From a virus: a stretch of DNA of 64,000 bases. The translations under genes and the position numbers were made by a program. Positions 48,868 through 58,332 of the stretch are shown one piece after another (position 1 is the first letter of the stretch; each line of letters starts with the position of its first letter). The notes beneath the pieces were generated by a model, which was not told the DNA's origin, did no database searches, and worked only from the letters and a program-made list of their open reading frames with translations. The stretch is from positions 1-64,000 of IMG/VR virus record IMGVR_UViG_3300028837_002886. One strand, 5' to 3'.

Positions 48868-49896
48868 TCATGATAAGTTCTTCCGCGAATCAAACGCATC
48901 TCTCACGCCTTCTCCAACAAAGATGAGAAGTGAAAGTAAAACCGAAAGCACCACAAATGAAGTAATTCCTAACCAAGGCGCCTGCAAATTGGCCTTTCCT
49001 TGAGCCAGTAATCTCCCTAACGAAGGAGATCCGGCTGGAAGCCCGAATCCCAGAAAATCAAGAGAAGTAAGAGCGACGATGGAACCATTTAGAATGAACG
49101 GCAAAAACGTTAACGTAGCAACCATTGCGTTAGGAAGTATATGCTTAAACATAATCTTAAAATCTTTGACACCCAAGGCTCTTGCGGCTTTAACATACTC
49201 AAAATTTCGGGTCCGTAAAAATTCTGCGCGCACTACCCCAACTAACGACAGCCATGAAAACAAAAGTAAGATTAACAACAGCAACGCAAAGTTTGGAGTA
49301 ATAATACTAGTAATAATTATTATCAAAAACAATGTTGGTATCGAGCCCCAGATTTCAATGAACCTTTGCATCAATAGATCAACTCTACCACCAAAATAAC
49401 CCTGAACCGCTCCTGCCATTATTCCGATAGCAGAACTACATGTGGTCAATACAAGTCCGAAAATTACAGATATCCTGAAACCGTAAATCACCAGCGCGAC
49501 TACATCATGACCTTGGTCATCGGTTCCCAGCCAATGTCTCAGAGAAGGTTTAGTTGGTGCTGGTTCCGTCATTATATAATCAATTGTATCAAATTTATAC
49601 TTAATCGCTGGCCAGATAATCCAGCCGTTGTTTTTTATCAACTCTTCAAGATATGGATCATGATAATCTGCCTTTATGTTTAATGTCCCGCCGAAATCCA
49701 TCTCCGTATAATTTTTGGTTATTGGAAAGTAAAACCGATCTGCGTATCTTATAAGCAGAGGACTATCGTTTGCTATGAACTCGGCAAAAAGTGAAAAAAC
49801 AAAAAGAAAAAGGAATATCCAGAGCGACCAGTACGCCCTTCTGTTTGCTATAAAATTATCTAATCTTCTTCTTGCTACCAGGCTTAGTTCTTTCAT
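48868..49896 (-). CDS. yejE: Peptide ABC transporter permease, YejE-like
   Basis: F..NRRAYWSL, AEFIAND.PL, HWLGTDDQG, EFLRTRNFEYV.AARALG, GEGVRDAFD. Confidence 0.92.
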   Translation of the reverse strand: MKELSLVARRRLDNFIANRRAYWSLWIFLFLFVFSLFAEFIANDSPLLIRYADRFYFPITKNYTEMDFGGTLNIKADYHDPYLEELIKNNGWIIWPAIKYKFDTIDYIMTEPAPTKPSLRHWLGTDDQGHDVVALVIYGFRISVIFGLVLTTCSSAIGIMAGAVQGYFGGRVDLLMQRFIEIWGSIPTLFLIIIITSIITPNFALLLLILLLFSWLSLVGVVRAEFLRTRNFEYVKAARALGVKDFKIMFKHILPNAMVATLTFLPFILNGSIVALTSLDFLGFGLPAGSPSLGRLLAQGKANLQAPWLGITSFVVLSVLLSLLIFVGEGVRDAFDSRKNLS

Positions 49897-49905
49897 CCCT
49901 AATCC

Positions 49906-50325
49906 TTATTCCAGGACTGCTTCGGTCACTCCCCAAATTTTAATTTCCACGACCTCTCGATGTTCAGTAAACACAAATACACCAAAATACTCTTCGCGCG
50001 AGTCAACACGTCTATTGCCTTGGTGATATACTTTTAGATGCTGCACTACCTGCTTGTTCTGCGTATTCATATAGACATACAAGTACTCCATCGTCCATCC
50101 TATTACCACTTCGCTTCCCTTGTTAGTCAAAACATACGAAACTGAAACCAGCGAACCAACCTGGGTCCAATCTCTTAATTCAATCTGTAAGGGAGACATA
50201 ATGCCCTGTTTCTCATAGGCCTTCTTGGATGAAAAGTGGTTCGGATATTTTGCCACACTTCCTACAATCACCGCAAAACCTATAAGAAATGAGATAAATA
50301 ATATATCACGGCCGCGTTTTGTCAT
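49906..50325 (-). CDS. Membrane-anchored hypothetical protein
   Basis: N-terminal TM followed by a beta-rich domain. Confidence 0.65.
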   Translation of the reverse strand: MTKRGRDILFISFLIGFAVIVGSVAKYPNHFSSKKAYEKQGIMSPLQIELRDWTQVGSLVSVSYVLTNKGSEVVIGWTMEYLYVYMNTQNKQVVQHLKVYHQGNRRVDSREEYFGVFVFTEHREVVEIKIWGVTEAVLE

Positions 50326-50340
50326 GTCATGACCCCTTTA

Positions 50341-50535
50341 TTAAGACGTCTCATTTATCTCAGCAAGTCGTTTCACGCTCTTTGCGTGAAACTCTGCGTG
50401 CTTAGTCAAATGAGACTTTTCCCACTCAATCATTGCTTCTAGGTTGGCAATATGTTGTGCGCCTTCTGCCAGGTACTTCTCATTCCAAGCAATCTTTGCT
50501 TCAAGCTGTTCTTTAGTCATATGATTACAACTCAT
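50341..50535 (-). CDS. Small coiled-coil protein
   Basis: Internal repeat LEAKIAWNEKYL / LEAMIEWEKSHL. Confidence 0.6.
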   Translation of the reverse strand: MSCNHMTKEQLEAKIAWNEKYLAEGAQHIANLEAMIEWEKSHLTKHAEFHAKSVKRLAEINETS

Positions 50536-50682
50536 CTCTACTTTCCTTAATTAAGTATTTACTTTTAATACCCGCCATTTATATAGGACGGCCGGCAATG
50601 CTTTCTCATTTTCCGATCCATATAACCCTTGTAGTACACATGATGGAACCGAAAAGTGTACTTAAACCATCTTCCTATGATC

Positions 50683-50931
50683 CTACTCAATCTTTTCATG
50701 ACGCATCTCCTTTAGTTTCTTTTTTTCAATCCGTATTGAAACACAATCGCTATATGTTCTCACATAGTAGGCCCAGCCCTTAATTACTTTCACCTGCCAC
50801 TCATATTTGTCACCATAAAGATCTTGAATCTCAGCCACTCGCTCACGCGCATCAATAAGATGCTTAAAAACTTCTACGGAGACATCAGTATGGGTATCTT
50901 CTGTAATAACTATGTACACTTCCATTTTCAA
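50683..50931 (-). CDS. Small hypothetical phage protein
   Basis: 82 aa with an MEVYIV..VF-type start. Confidence 0.6.
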   Translation of the reverse strand: MKMEVYIVITEDTHTDVSVEVFKHLIDARERVAEIQDLYGDKYEWQVKVIKGWAYYVRTYSDCVSIRIEKKKLKEMRHEKIE

Positions 50932-50960
50932 CCACCTTGGTTTATTTTTAATCTCACTTT

Positions 50961-51219
50961 TTACACCTCGCGCGTTTCAAAGTCAATACGAGGATCTATG
51001 AACATATACATCACAACCACAACCACCTATCTTTTTTTTCTCTACCGCATTTCTCACATCGAAAAATAGCTATGCGCAGAGTTCCTCCCCATATAGCATA
51101 ATACATGCCACGTTTCCACTGATGCTTACATTTCACCAAACGATTCCATATTTTCTTTAATCTTTCCATCAAACCTCTCTAGTTTCAAAGTCAATACGAG
51201 GATCTATGAACATATACAT
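50961..51219. repeat. Direct repeat of the yejB 3' end (38 bp identical: 50974-51011 and 51182-51219)
   Basis: gtttcaaagtcaatacgaggatctatgaacatatacat occurs twice; both copies encode MYMFIDPRIDFETREV*. Confidence 0.95.
51011..51169 (-). CDS. 52-aa zinc-ribbon-like protein between the repeats (not in ORF track)
   Basis: MERLKKIWNRLVKCKHQW...FRCEKCGREKKDRWLWL; TGATG overlaps at both ends. Confidence 0.7.
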   Translation of the reverse strand: MERLKKIWNRLVKCKHQWKRGMYYAIWGGTLRIAIFRCEKCGREKKDRWLWL

Positions 51220-52272
51220 TAGATCTCCGATTAGTTTTAGAAATAAACCCATGAGACTAAATACATATAGTGTCGCAAACATTACCGCATAATCCCTGCC
51301 CAAGGCCGACTCGAACCCCAAGAGCCCTAGCCCATCAAGAGAGAAAATTACTTCTATTAAAACAGAACCGGTGAATAGAACGCTTATAAATGCAGATGGA
51401 AACCCGGCAATAATAATCAACATGGCATTTCTAAACACGTGACCATAAAGAATTTTCTTCTGCTTGAGGCCTTTTGATTGAGCTGTGATTACATACTGCT
51501 TGCTTATTTCAGCCAAAAACGCGTTCTTTGTGAATATAGTAAGGCCTGCAAACCCGCCTATTGTCATCGCAAATATAGGTAGTACCAAATGCCAAAAGTA
51601 ATCGGCTATCTTCATGCCAAATGAAAAGGTGGCCCACCCATCTGAGACCAATCCTCTTAAAGGAAATATATTCAAAAAGCTCCCGCCAGAGAAGAGTATT
51701 ATCAACATAATGGCAAATAAGAAACTGGGTATTGCATAACCAATTGTTACAACAAATGAACTCCATAAATCGAATTTTGTTCCATCTCTTATTGCTTTCT
51801 TGATGCCTAGTGGAATTGAGATTAGATAAGTCAATAGCGTTGTCCATATACCCAACGAGATTGACACTGGCATTTTCTCTAAAACCAAATCAAGAACTTT
51901 TCTGTCTCTGTAATAGCTGGTTCCAAAATCAAACCTTATGTAATTCCACATCATAATAAAAAACCGTTTATAAAGTGGTTTATCAAAACCATACATCTCT
52001 TCAATTTCCATAATCAGTTCGGGATCCAATCCTTGAGCTCCTCGATACTTTGACTCCATCCCAACCTGCTTGTCTGTTTTTGTTTGACTAACCTCGCCAC
52101 CACCACCTTTCGTTATTCTTTCAGTAACTGCAACATCAACGCCTTTGAGCCGAGCAATCGTTTTTTCAACAGGACCACCTGGGGCCGATTGTATTATGAA
52201 AAAATTAATAATCATAATCCCAATTAGTGTAGGAATAATAAGACCCAAGCGTCTGAGGATATAGGATATCAC
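51169..52272 (-). CDS. yejB: Peptide ABC transporter permease, YejB-like
   Basis: YILRRL..IPTL.GI..INF.IIQ.APGGPVE, SKYRGAQGLDPE, KMPVSISLG, DPRIDFE.RE. Confidence 0.95.
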   Translation of the reverse strand: MISYILRRLGLIIPTLIGIMIINFFIIQSAPGGPVEKTIARLKGVDVAVTERITKGGGGEVSQTKTDKQVGMESKYRGAQGLDPELIMEIEEMYGFDKPLYKRFFIMMWNYIRFDFGTSYYRDRKVLDLVLEKMPVSISLGIWTTLLTYLISIPLGIKKAIRDGTKFDLWSSFVVTIGYAIPSFLFAIMLIILFSGGSFLNIFPLRGLVSDGWATFSFGMKIADYFWHLVLPIFAMTIGGFAGLTIFTKNAFLAEISKQYVITAQSKGLKQKKILYGHVFRNAMLIIIAGFPSAFISVLFTGSVLIEVIFSLDGLGLLGFESALGRDYAVMFATLYVFSLMGLFLKLIGDLMYMFIDPRIDFETREV

Positions 52273-52619
52273 TTCACAATCCTTGCTAAAAAGTCCCCAC
52301 CTATTATAATAACCCTATCGTCCTTAGTTCGAACAACCAGCACCCCACCATCTTCAAGCGACCAAGATTTACATGTTTCTATAACAGAGGCACTCCTGTA
52401 TGGTACATCAATATCAATCCAAGTTGTAGTCGCTACTCCGTCAATCACAACGGTGGGCTCGGTTAACATGGGCTCACTAACCTCTTGAGCCTGTGCCATT
52501 TCTGGTTGATCAAATTGAAGCCTACTTGCGATAAAGAGTACGGCGACAAAAACAAGAACCACAATAACAAAAATAATCACAAAACGTAAGGTTGTGGACA
52601 CACTTTTTAACCAACTCAT
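52269..52619 (-). CDS. Membrane-anchored hypothetical protein
   Basis: GGAGG SD; N-terminal TM. Confidence 0.7.
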   Translation of the reverse strand: MSWLKSVSTTLRFVIIFVIVVLVFVAVLFIASRLQFDQPEMAQAQEVSEPMLTEPTVVIDGVATTTWIDIDVPYRSASVIETCKSWSLEDGGVLVVRTKDDRVIIIGGDFLARIVK

Positions 52620-52632
52620 TTTTAAAAACCTC

Positions 52633-54210
52633 CTAAATTATATCAAATGCAGCCTTAACTAGAGCTTGTGTATATACGCTCTTTGGTTTCTCAAGGACCT
52701 CTCCAGCCTTGCCCTCCTCCATAACTACACCATCTTTAATAACGATAATCAAATGACTCATCGCCTTTACAACGCGAAGATCGTGACTTATAAATAAATA
52801 TGCCAGTTTATAGGTGCGCTGCAACTCTAATAAGAGATCTATCAGCTGATTTTGAATTGATCGATCCAAAGCTGATGTAGGCTCATCTAGAATTAAAAGT
52901 TTGGGTTTTAACACTAGCGCTCTAGCTATACATATGCGTTGTCTTTGACCTCCACTAAACTCGTGTGGATATCTATTTCGGATGTCTGGCTCCAAGCCTA
53001 CTTTGATTAAAGTTTGCCATACCATATCATTCCAACAACCCTTAATGTTGTGAGCGGATAATCCTTCTTCTATAATTTGGCCTACAGTTAAACGAGGGTT
53101 AAGGCTTGCGAAAGGATCTTGAAACACAATTTGAATTTCTTGTCTGTAAGGTCTCATTTCTCCACTTAGAAGATTGTTTAATTCTACGCCTTGAAACTTG
53201 ATCTGGCCTTTACTAGAAATCAATCTCAAAACCGCTAACCCAAACGAGGTTTTGCCCGATCCGCTTTCTCCAACCAAACCGACCGTCTCTCCCTCTTTGA
53301 TTTTAATCGTGATTCCATCAACAGCTTTCACATATCCTTTTACTTTCCTGAACATGCCTTTATATATAGGATAATGTACTTTAAGATCGTTGGTTTCTAA
53401 AACTAGTTTTTTCTTGGTAGTTTCTATAGGCTTTTGCTTTGGAATAGACGCAAGCAAATACTTTGTATATGAGTGTTGAGGATGTTTAAAAATACTAAGA
53501 TTATCCCCGCTTTCTACAATCTCCCCATCTTTCATTACGCCAATACGGTCAGCCATTTTTTCTACTATATAAAGATCGTGCGTGATTAACAACATTGACA
53601 TATGTAACTTGTCGCGAAGCTCTCTTATGAGCTTCAATATCTCTCGCTGTATCGTGACATCCAGAGCGGTTGTGGGTTCGTCTGCTATTAATAAATCTGG
53701 CTTGTTTGCGAGAGCTAAGGCTATCATAACTCGCTGTCTCTGACCGCCAGACAACTGGTGCGGAAATGAACTCAAGCGCTGCTCGGCATGATCTAGCTGA
53801 ACCTGATCCAACAACTCGATCGTTCTTGCCCTTCTTTCGCCCCCTGTTACATCTTGATGAAGATCGATAATCTCACCGATTTGCTTCTCGATTGTATGGA
53901 GAGGATTAAGCGATGTCATAGGCTCTTGGAATATTATAGAAACATCATTTCCTCTAATCTTTCTCAATCTCTCCTCGGAACATTCAAAAACATTGTTGTT
54001 CTTTAATATTATTGAGCCATCGTATCTCGTATAAGCAGGTAACAGTTGCATAATCGCATGAGCGGTGGCCGACTTACCTGCTCCACTTTCCCCTACGAGA
54101 GCAAAAGTTTCTCCTTTTTTAATGTCAAAAGAGACACCTCGGACAGCATCAATGCGCTGTTGAGGCATCTCAAACTTTACAAATAGATTCTTTATAGTGA
54201 GTAAGCTCAT
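52633..54210 (-). CDS. yejF: Dual-NBD ABC ATPase, YejF-like
   Basis: Two Walker A motifs (GESGAGKS, GESGSGKT), LSGGQRQR/FSGGQRQR, and DEPT motifs. Confidence 0.92.
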   Translation of the reverse strand: MSLLTIKNLFVKFEMPQQRIDAVRGVSFDIKKGETFALVGESGAGKSATAHAIMQLLPAYTRYDGSIILKNNNVFECSEERLRKIRGNDVSIIFQEPMTSLNPLHTIEKQIGEIIDLHQDVTGGERRARTIELLDQVQLDHAEQRLSSFPHQLSGGQRQRVMIALALANKPDLLIADEPTTALDVTIQREILKLIRELRDKLHMSMLLITHDLYIVEKMADRIGVMKDGEIVESGDNLSIFKHPQHSYTKYLLASIPKQKPIETTKKKLVLETNDLKVHYPIYKGMFRKVKGYVKAVDGITIKIKEGETVGLVGESGSGKTSFGLAVLRLISSKGQIKFQGVELNNLLSGEMRPYRQEIQIVFQDPFASLNPRLTVGQIIEEGLSAHNIKGCWNDMVWQTLIKVGLEPDIRNRYPHEFSGGQRQRICIARALVLKPKLLILDEPTSALDRSIQNQLIDLLLELQRTYKLAYLFISHDLRVVKAMSHLIIVIKDGVVMEEGKAGEVLEKPKSVYTQALVKAAFDII

Positions 54211-54235
54211 AATAACCTTGAGGGGTCAGTTACAT

Positions 54236-55324
54236 TTACCAGCGCTTTTTAAGTGTATGCGTGAGAACCTCGCACCCGCCCTTTGTTACAAGAATGTCAT
54301 CCTCAAGACGAACCCCATAATCACCAGGTAAATAGATACCTGGTTCTACTGTTAAAACCATGTTTTCTTCAAACACGTCAGGATATTGGCTGTCATGAAT
54401 GTCAAGCCCAATACCATGCCCAAGTCCATGAATCCAGCTGTTCTTATATCTCCCATATCCAGTTGTTATTTTCTTCGCCTCTTTTATTACATCTTCCGAC
54501 TTAATCCCAGGTTTAATCATGCTAATGGCAAGCAGCTGCGCTTCAAGAACTTTATTGTACATATGTTTTTTCCATCGATCTGGAGTTCCCATAAAATATA
54601 CCTGAGTAATATCAGACTTGTAGCCCTCGACCTCAGCACCAAAATCAATGAGTACTACATCATCTTTCATTAGGGTGGTGGTTCCAGAAGAGTGGTGAGG
54701 TACACTGGTATTCTTTTCAAAGGCCACGATGGTAGAGAACGCAGGATCATCTGAACCCATCTTCTTCATATGATACTCCACCTCGGCCGCTAAATCCATC
54801 TCGCTCATTCCCTCATGTAAAAATGTAGGTAATATTACAGTTAGTCTACTAACTATTTCGCATGCGCGTTTTATTTTATCTATCTCATCCGGAGATTTGA
54901 TACTTCTGCGCTTTGCAAAAAGATCCGTTACATCGAAAATTGAGTTACGAGCTACAAAGATTTCCTCTATTGTACGATAAGAGCTGTGTAAAAGAGAGCC
55001 AAAGCAAAGTCCTATCTTATAGAACTTTGGGAGGATTTTCTTAAGCATTTCATCTCGCTCTTGTATTTTACTCCAAACTACAAATTCGTCATAGCTTGCC
55101 TGGCGTCGATTTAGCTCTTGATCTCGACTTGGTGAAAATAATGTAATCTTCCCGCTTTTCTCCAGGAGTACTGCAGCCCCCTCGCTTTTGGAGGAAGTAA
55201 AGCCCGTTACATACGTGAGATTCTTATCTACAATCATATCGCTCCAGAGAAATATTGCGTCACAGTTGCCTGGCATTCCGTCTATGATATTCTTAATCCT
55301 CGGTTTACACTCGTCTTTAATCAC
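54236..55324 (-). CDS. Xaa-Pro peptidase (M24 family)
   Basis: PHH, IDFG..YKSDIT, HGLGHGIGLDIHD, TVEPGIY, GVRLEDD. Confidence 0.93.
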   Translation of the reverse strand: MIKDECKPRIKNIIDGMPGNCDAIFLWSDMIVDKNLTYVTGFTSSKSEGAAVLLEKSGKITLFSPSRDQELNRRQASYDEFVVWSKIQERDEMLKKILPKFYKIGLCFGSLLHSSYRTIEEIFVARNSIFDVTDLFAKRRSIKSPDEIDKIKRACEIVSRLTVILPTFLHEGMSEMDLAAEVEYHMKKMGSDDPAFSTIVAFEKNTSVPHHSSGTTTLMKDDVVLIDFGAEVEGYKSDITQVYFMGTPDRWKKHMYNKVLEAQLLAISMIKPGIKSEDVIKEAKKITTGYGRYKNSWIHGLGHGIGLDIHDSQYPDVFEENMVLTVEPGIYLPGDYGVRLEDDILVTKGGCEVLTHTLKKRW

Positions 55325-55336
55325 ATGCCGATCCTT

Positions 55337-56359
55337 TTAAACAGATTTTACTTGCTCATCAAGATAACTAAATACGTTTTCGGACTTTACAACATGATGA
55401 TTTATTTCAATCTTGTCCAAATCGTGTGCTGTTATAAAATCAAATATGAAGTCCTTTTGTCTGTTGGAAAAGTCGCCATCTAAATTATACATTCTAAAGG
55501 ATGAAATCTTAACCCAGTTCTGTCGTTCTAAATCGTTCTCCTGTGTGACGTTTTCCACAATTCCCTCTTCTGCTAATGCTTCCATAAGAACAATGTGTCC
55601 CATATAAGGACAAGGATAAAAATCTCCATCGGGGCTAAGCCATCCAGAAGAAGAATCTTTCGGTTTTCCCTTTGTTGCTCCAAGGCTATCTATTTTTGTT
55701 TCATTTTCGATAAACTCATCTGTCGTCCTGGGGCCGGCCGCTATGCTCTCGTTAAGCTTTCTTATTGATGCATCAAAAAGCGTTTTTGCGTTTTGAGCAT
55801 CTAGATCGTCTTTTATATAACTCGCATCTTTGCTGAACTCGGCATTTCTTAACGCCTCTTCGACTTTGTTTTCAAAATCCGTAATGGATCTGTTTGATAT
55901 GTTATAAAGAAACATTAAATTTCTCAAATATTCAAATGTTTTTTTCTCCATACTCAAGGCGGCGTTTTTGGCTTCTGTTTGTGTATCAAGTATTCCAACT
56001 CCCCGACCAAGACCAAGATATTTAATCATGTTGTTTCTAAGGGTGAGATCATATTTAAGTTTATCGGTCCTTAGCTCGATATATTTCTTTTCGAACCAGT
56101 CCATCATCTCATCAGTAGTGATTCCCTTGTAATTGTCGGTTTCTGAATAAAGATTTGGATCGTTGCGAGTATCTCCACCTAGTTTCATGCGGCCTTCGAA
56201 CAAACTAATAGCTTGTTCTTCATTCATTCCCAGACCCTCTTTTGCTGTTTTAAAAGCATGTATACAACTTCTTTCTTCCCAGAGATCCCTCATAATTTTA
56301 GTCAGGTGTTCTCCGGTTGTCCAGAATGTTAAGCTTTGATCCTTCATTTGTTTATCCAT
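55337..56359 (-). CDS. Hypothetical phage protein
   Basis: 340 aa with a C-terminal GWLSPDGDFYPC..GH motif. Confidence 0.75.
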   Translation of the reverse strand: MDKQMKDQSLTFWTTGEHLTKIMRDLWEERSCIHAFKTAKEGLGMNEEQAISLFEGRMKLGGDTRNDPNLYSETDNYKGITTDEMMDWFEKKYIELRTDKLKYDLTLRNNMIKYLGLGRGVGILDTQTEAKNAALSMEKKTFEYLRNLMFLYNISNRSITDFENKVEEALRNAEFSKDASYIKDDLDAQNAKTLFDASIRKLNESIAAGPRTTDEFIENETKIDSLGATKGKPKDSSSGWLSPDGDFYPCPYMGHIVLMEALAEEGIVENVTQENDLERQNWVKISSFRMYNLDGDFSNRQKDFIFDFITAHDLDKIEINHHVVKSENVFSYLDEQVKSV

Positions 56360-56631
56360 TAGATACTGAGCTCCTCGTAATCCTTAGTGTACAGTTTTTC
56401 GTTTATTTTTTCAATGGCATAATGTTTTGCGTCCCAAGAATCATGAAAATCTTTGACCTTAACCTGGAGTTTTTTATTCAGCTCTATACGCCCCCACTTG
56501 GTGATCACCTGATTGCCTTTTACCGAAACCATCCAAACCTTGTAATGGTTGTCGCTGGTACAGAAAAAAACTCTTTCATCACACTCTTTTGTGAGCATAT
56601 ATCTCGCGAGCTCAGAGTTTTTAAGTTCCAC
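56359..56631 (-). CDS. WGR-domain protein with N-terminal ARYML tag variant
   Basis: HYKVW....GNQVITKWGRI...EKL..KDY. Confidence 0.8.
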   Translation of the reverse strand: MELKNSELARYMLTKECDERVFFCTSDNHYKVWMVSVKGNQVITKWGRIELNKKLQVKVKDFHDSWDAKHYAIEKINEKLYTKDYEELSI

Positions 56632-56866
56632 TCAACTCCTCCCTCAAAGCTTTTAACTCTTTATAGTGTTCGCATGTTCTAGTCGTTGGCACATCAGACA
56701 CACGTCTCTCGAGTGTTCTCTTTCGATCTGGTTCCCGGTATTCTGGAACGCACCAAACAGGGTAGCCGGAATCCATAATACTCCCCCGAGTTCGCCATCC
56801 ACACGTCTCACAGTTTTTAAGTAAAAGCCCCTTGGCTATTTCTGCTTTGGCTGAAACCATTCGCAT
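56621..56866 (-). CDS. Small Cys-rich AKxLL-tag protein
   Basis: IAKGLLLKNCETC...C...CEHY. Confidence 0.7.
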   Translation of the reverse strand: MRMVSAKAEIAKGLLLKNCETCGWRTRGSIMDSGYPVWCVPEYREPDRKRTLERRVSDVPTTRTCEHYKELKALREELSGT

Positions 56867-57084
56867 TTCCCATCGTGGTTCAGGATTTCATCACAAGTCC
56901 CGGCATGTTCCAACTTCAAACGTTTGTATTTCTTTTTCCGCAATATTCTTTTTCTGCCAGGAAGCTTGCAAAAAGAAAATCCGTAATCCAATCCCATGGT
57001 GAAAATATAATGCCGGCATCCTTCGCATGAGTGAATATCTCTTCCCAACAGAAGATTTTTGGCTTCTGCCGACTTATAATCCAT
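56836..57084 (-). CDS. Small Cys-rich AKxLL-tag protein
   Basis: EAKNLLLG..SCEGC...C...CEWF. Confidence 0.7.
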   Translation of the reverse strand: MDYKSAEAKNLLLGRDIHSCEGCRHYIFTMGLDYGFSFCKLPGRKRILRKKKYKRLKLEHAGTCDEILNHDGKCEWFQPKQK

Positions 57085-57093
57085 TGTATATAT

Positions 57094-57279
57094 CTATGCT
57101 TCAGGGTAATCAGAGCCCATATTCATGAGTTCAGAAGGTCTTATGGCGCCCGCGACATAAAGCAAATGAGCCAAGTCTTTAGACAGACAGTCTTTACAGT
57201 TATTTGGGTAACAGTTACAGAAAGCCTTGCAGCCACTATCTACCAACATTGGTTTGTGTAGTATATAAGGATTATTCAT
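57094..57279 (-). CDS. Small Cys-rich protein
   Basis: 61 aa, overlapping the upstream stop. Confidence 0.5.
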   Translation of the reverse strand: MNNPYILHKPMLVDSGCKAFCNCYPNNCKDCLSKDLAHLLYVAGAIRPSELMNMGSDYPEA

Positions 57280-57613
57280 TGGAACTCCCTAGAAGTGATT
57301 TTGCTGTGTTTCTTTTTTCGATTTGTTTTTCGTTGGCTATGTCAGCAAGCTGTTTAGAGTATTTCACTATAAGATTACGACCTTTTTCAATATGCTCGCT
57401 GGTGAGATGTCGGCCATTTTTGAGCCATTCTGCATAATAACTGCCGCGCTTGGCATCAAAAGCACTAAAACCGACCCCATTGCTATATAGAGTGGATTCA
57501 GCAACTTGCTCGGAAACTGCTTGTTTGCCGTAAATGGCCAGTATTCCTCTTTCAACAGCCTTGTCTGATTTTGATAGTAACTCTTTGATTTCTTCTTTGG
57601 TATAAGTTTTCAT
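57272..57613 (-). CDS. Conserved phage hypothetical protein with C-terminal AKSLL tag
   Basis: SDKAVERGILAIY.KQ...NGVGF..FDA...KY.KQL; leaderless after a sigma70 promoter. Confidence 0.8.
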   Translation of the reverse strand: MKTYTKEEIKELLSKSDKAVERGILAIYGKQAVSEQVAESTLYSNGVGFSAFDAKRGSYYAEWLKNGRHLTSEHIEKGRNLIVKYSKQLADIANEKQIEKRNTAKSLLGSSNE

Positions 57614-57619
57614 GATATA

Positions 57620-57648
57620 AGTATATCACAGTTAGGGAGGTTTGTAAA
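57620..57648 (-). promoter_or_regulatory. Sigma70-like promoter TTTACA-N17-TATACT
   Basis: -35 at 57643-57648, -10 at 57620-57625, ATG 6 nt downstream. Confidence 0.8.
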
Positions 57649-57675
57649 GTTAAAAAACGGTGTGACTTTCATTTG

Positions 57676-57875
57676 TCAGAACGTAAAGCCATAGAAGTGC
57701 TTCGTTCTTCGTGTGGCCTCTTCGAGTGCCTCCTTGTGAGTCATACCGTGTTTTGATTCCAAATGAGTCGTGGTTCTGTGTATCATGCCATCAAACTCGC
57801 ATATGACGAGTCTATTTTTTCGCCTTTAAGAAGCTGCTTGGCATAATCCCGTCGGAGTTTCTTGTTGCCGCTCAC
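57676..57875 (-). pseudogene. Ros/MucR-like zinc-finger gene with AKQLL tag, frameshifted at the A6 run 57815-57820
   Basis: GTG 57875 gives MSGNKKLRRDYAKQLLKGEK; adding one A continues NRLVICEFDG..THLESKHGMTHKE; span is 200 nt (3n-1). Confidence 0.55.
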
Positions 57876-58066
57876 TCGTACCATTTATCTATCTCATCGA
57901 ACCAGTATGAGACTTCAGGTTCGTTAATATATTCCAGAAGCAGTTTGTCGGCTTTTACGTGATCTTCAACAACATGGCTGCTGTTGATTGCCACGTCTTT
58001 TAATTCAGCTATCAATCTCTTTATTCGATCGGTCAGAAGATATTTCGCGAACTGGGGCTTTGTCAT
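57872..58066 (-). CDS. Small AKxLL-tag protein
   Basis: FAKYLL; HVKADKLLL...IDKWY. Confidence 0.7.
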   Translation of the reverse strand: MTKPQFAKYLLTDRIKRLIAELKDVAINSSHVVEDHVKADKLLLEYINEPEVSYWFDEIDKWYE

Positions 58067-58332
58067 TTCTCAGCCACCTTTCTATAAAAGTTCCCATTGA
58101 GACTTTTTTTTCTTCTAAAAGAAGACGCTTGGCTACCTCTTTTCTGTACCAAACATCAAAGTCGTCGAAGTTTCTGATCTTGTTCAATTTTAGTATGCCT
58201 TTTCTCTTCGTCTATTTTGACACGCATCTGCCAGGCATCTCCAATAAGCCTAAAAAGGTACTTTGTTTTTAATGGCTTCTTGAGAAAAGCCTTGGCCCAT
58301 ACTGCTTTGCTTTTACGACTGAGTTCTTTCAT
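58005..58332 (-). CDS. Two small overlapping ORFs (58156..58332 and 58005..58187), or one frameshifted gene, each with an AKxxL tag
   Basis: MKELSRKSKAVWAKAFLKK and EVAKRLLLE. Confidence 0.45.

Noticed and set aside
48868-55324. Host chromosomal segment
   Set aside because: The yej genes are reordered, translationally coupled to phage-like small ORFs and co-oriented with them; a chimera cannot be fully excluded without reads.
57272-57613. MKTY start as a T4 capsid-targeting sequence
   Set aside because: Only four residues match, and the gene follows an early-type promoter.
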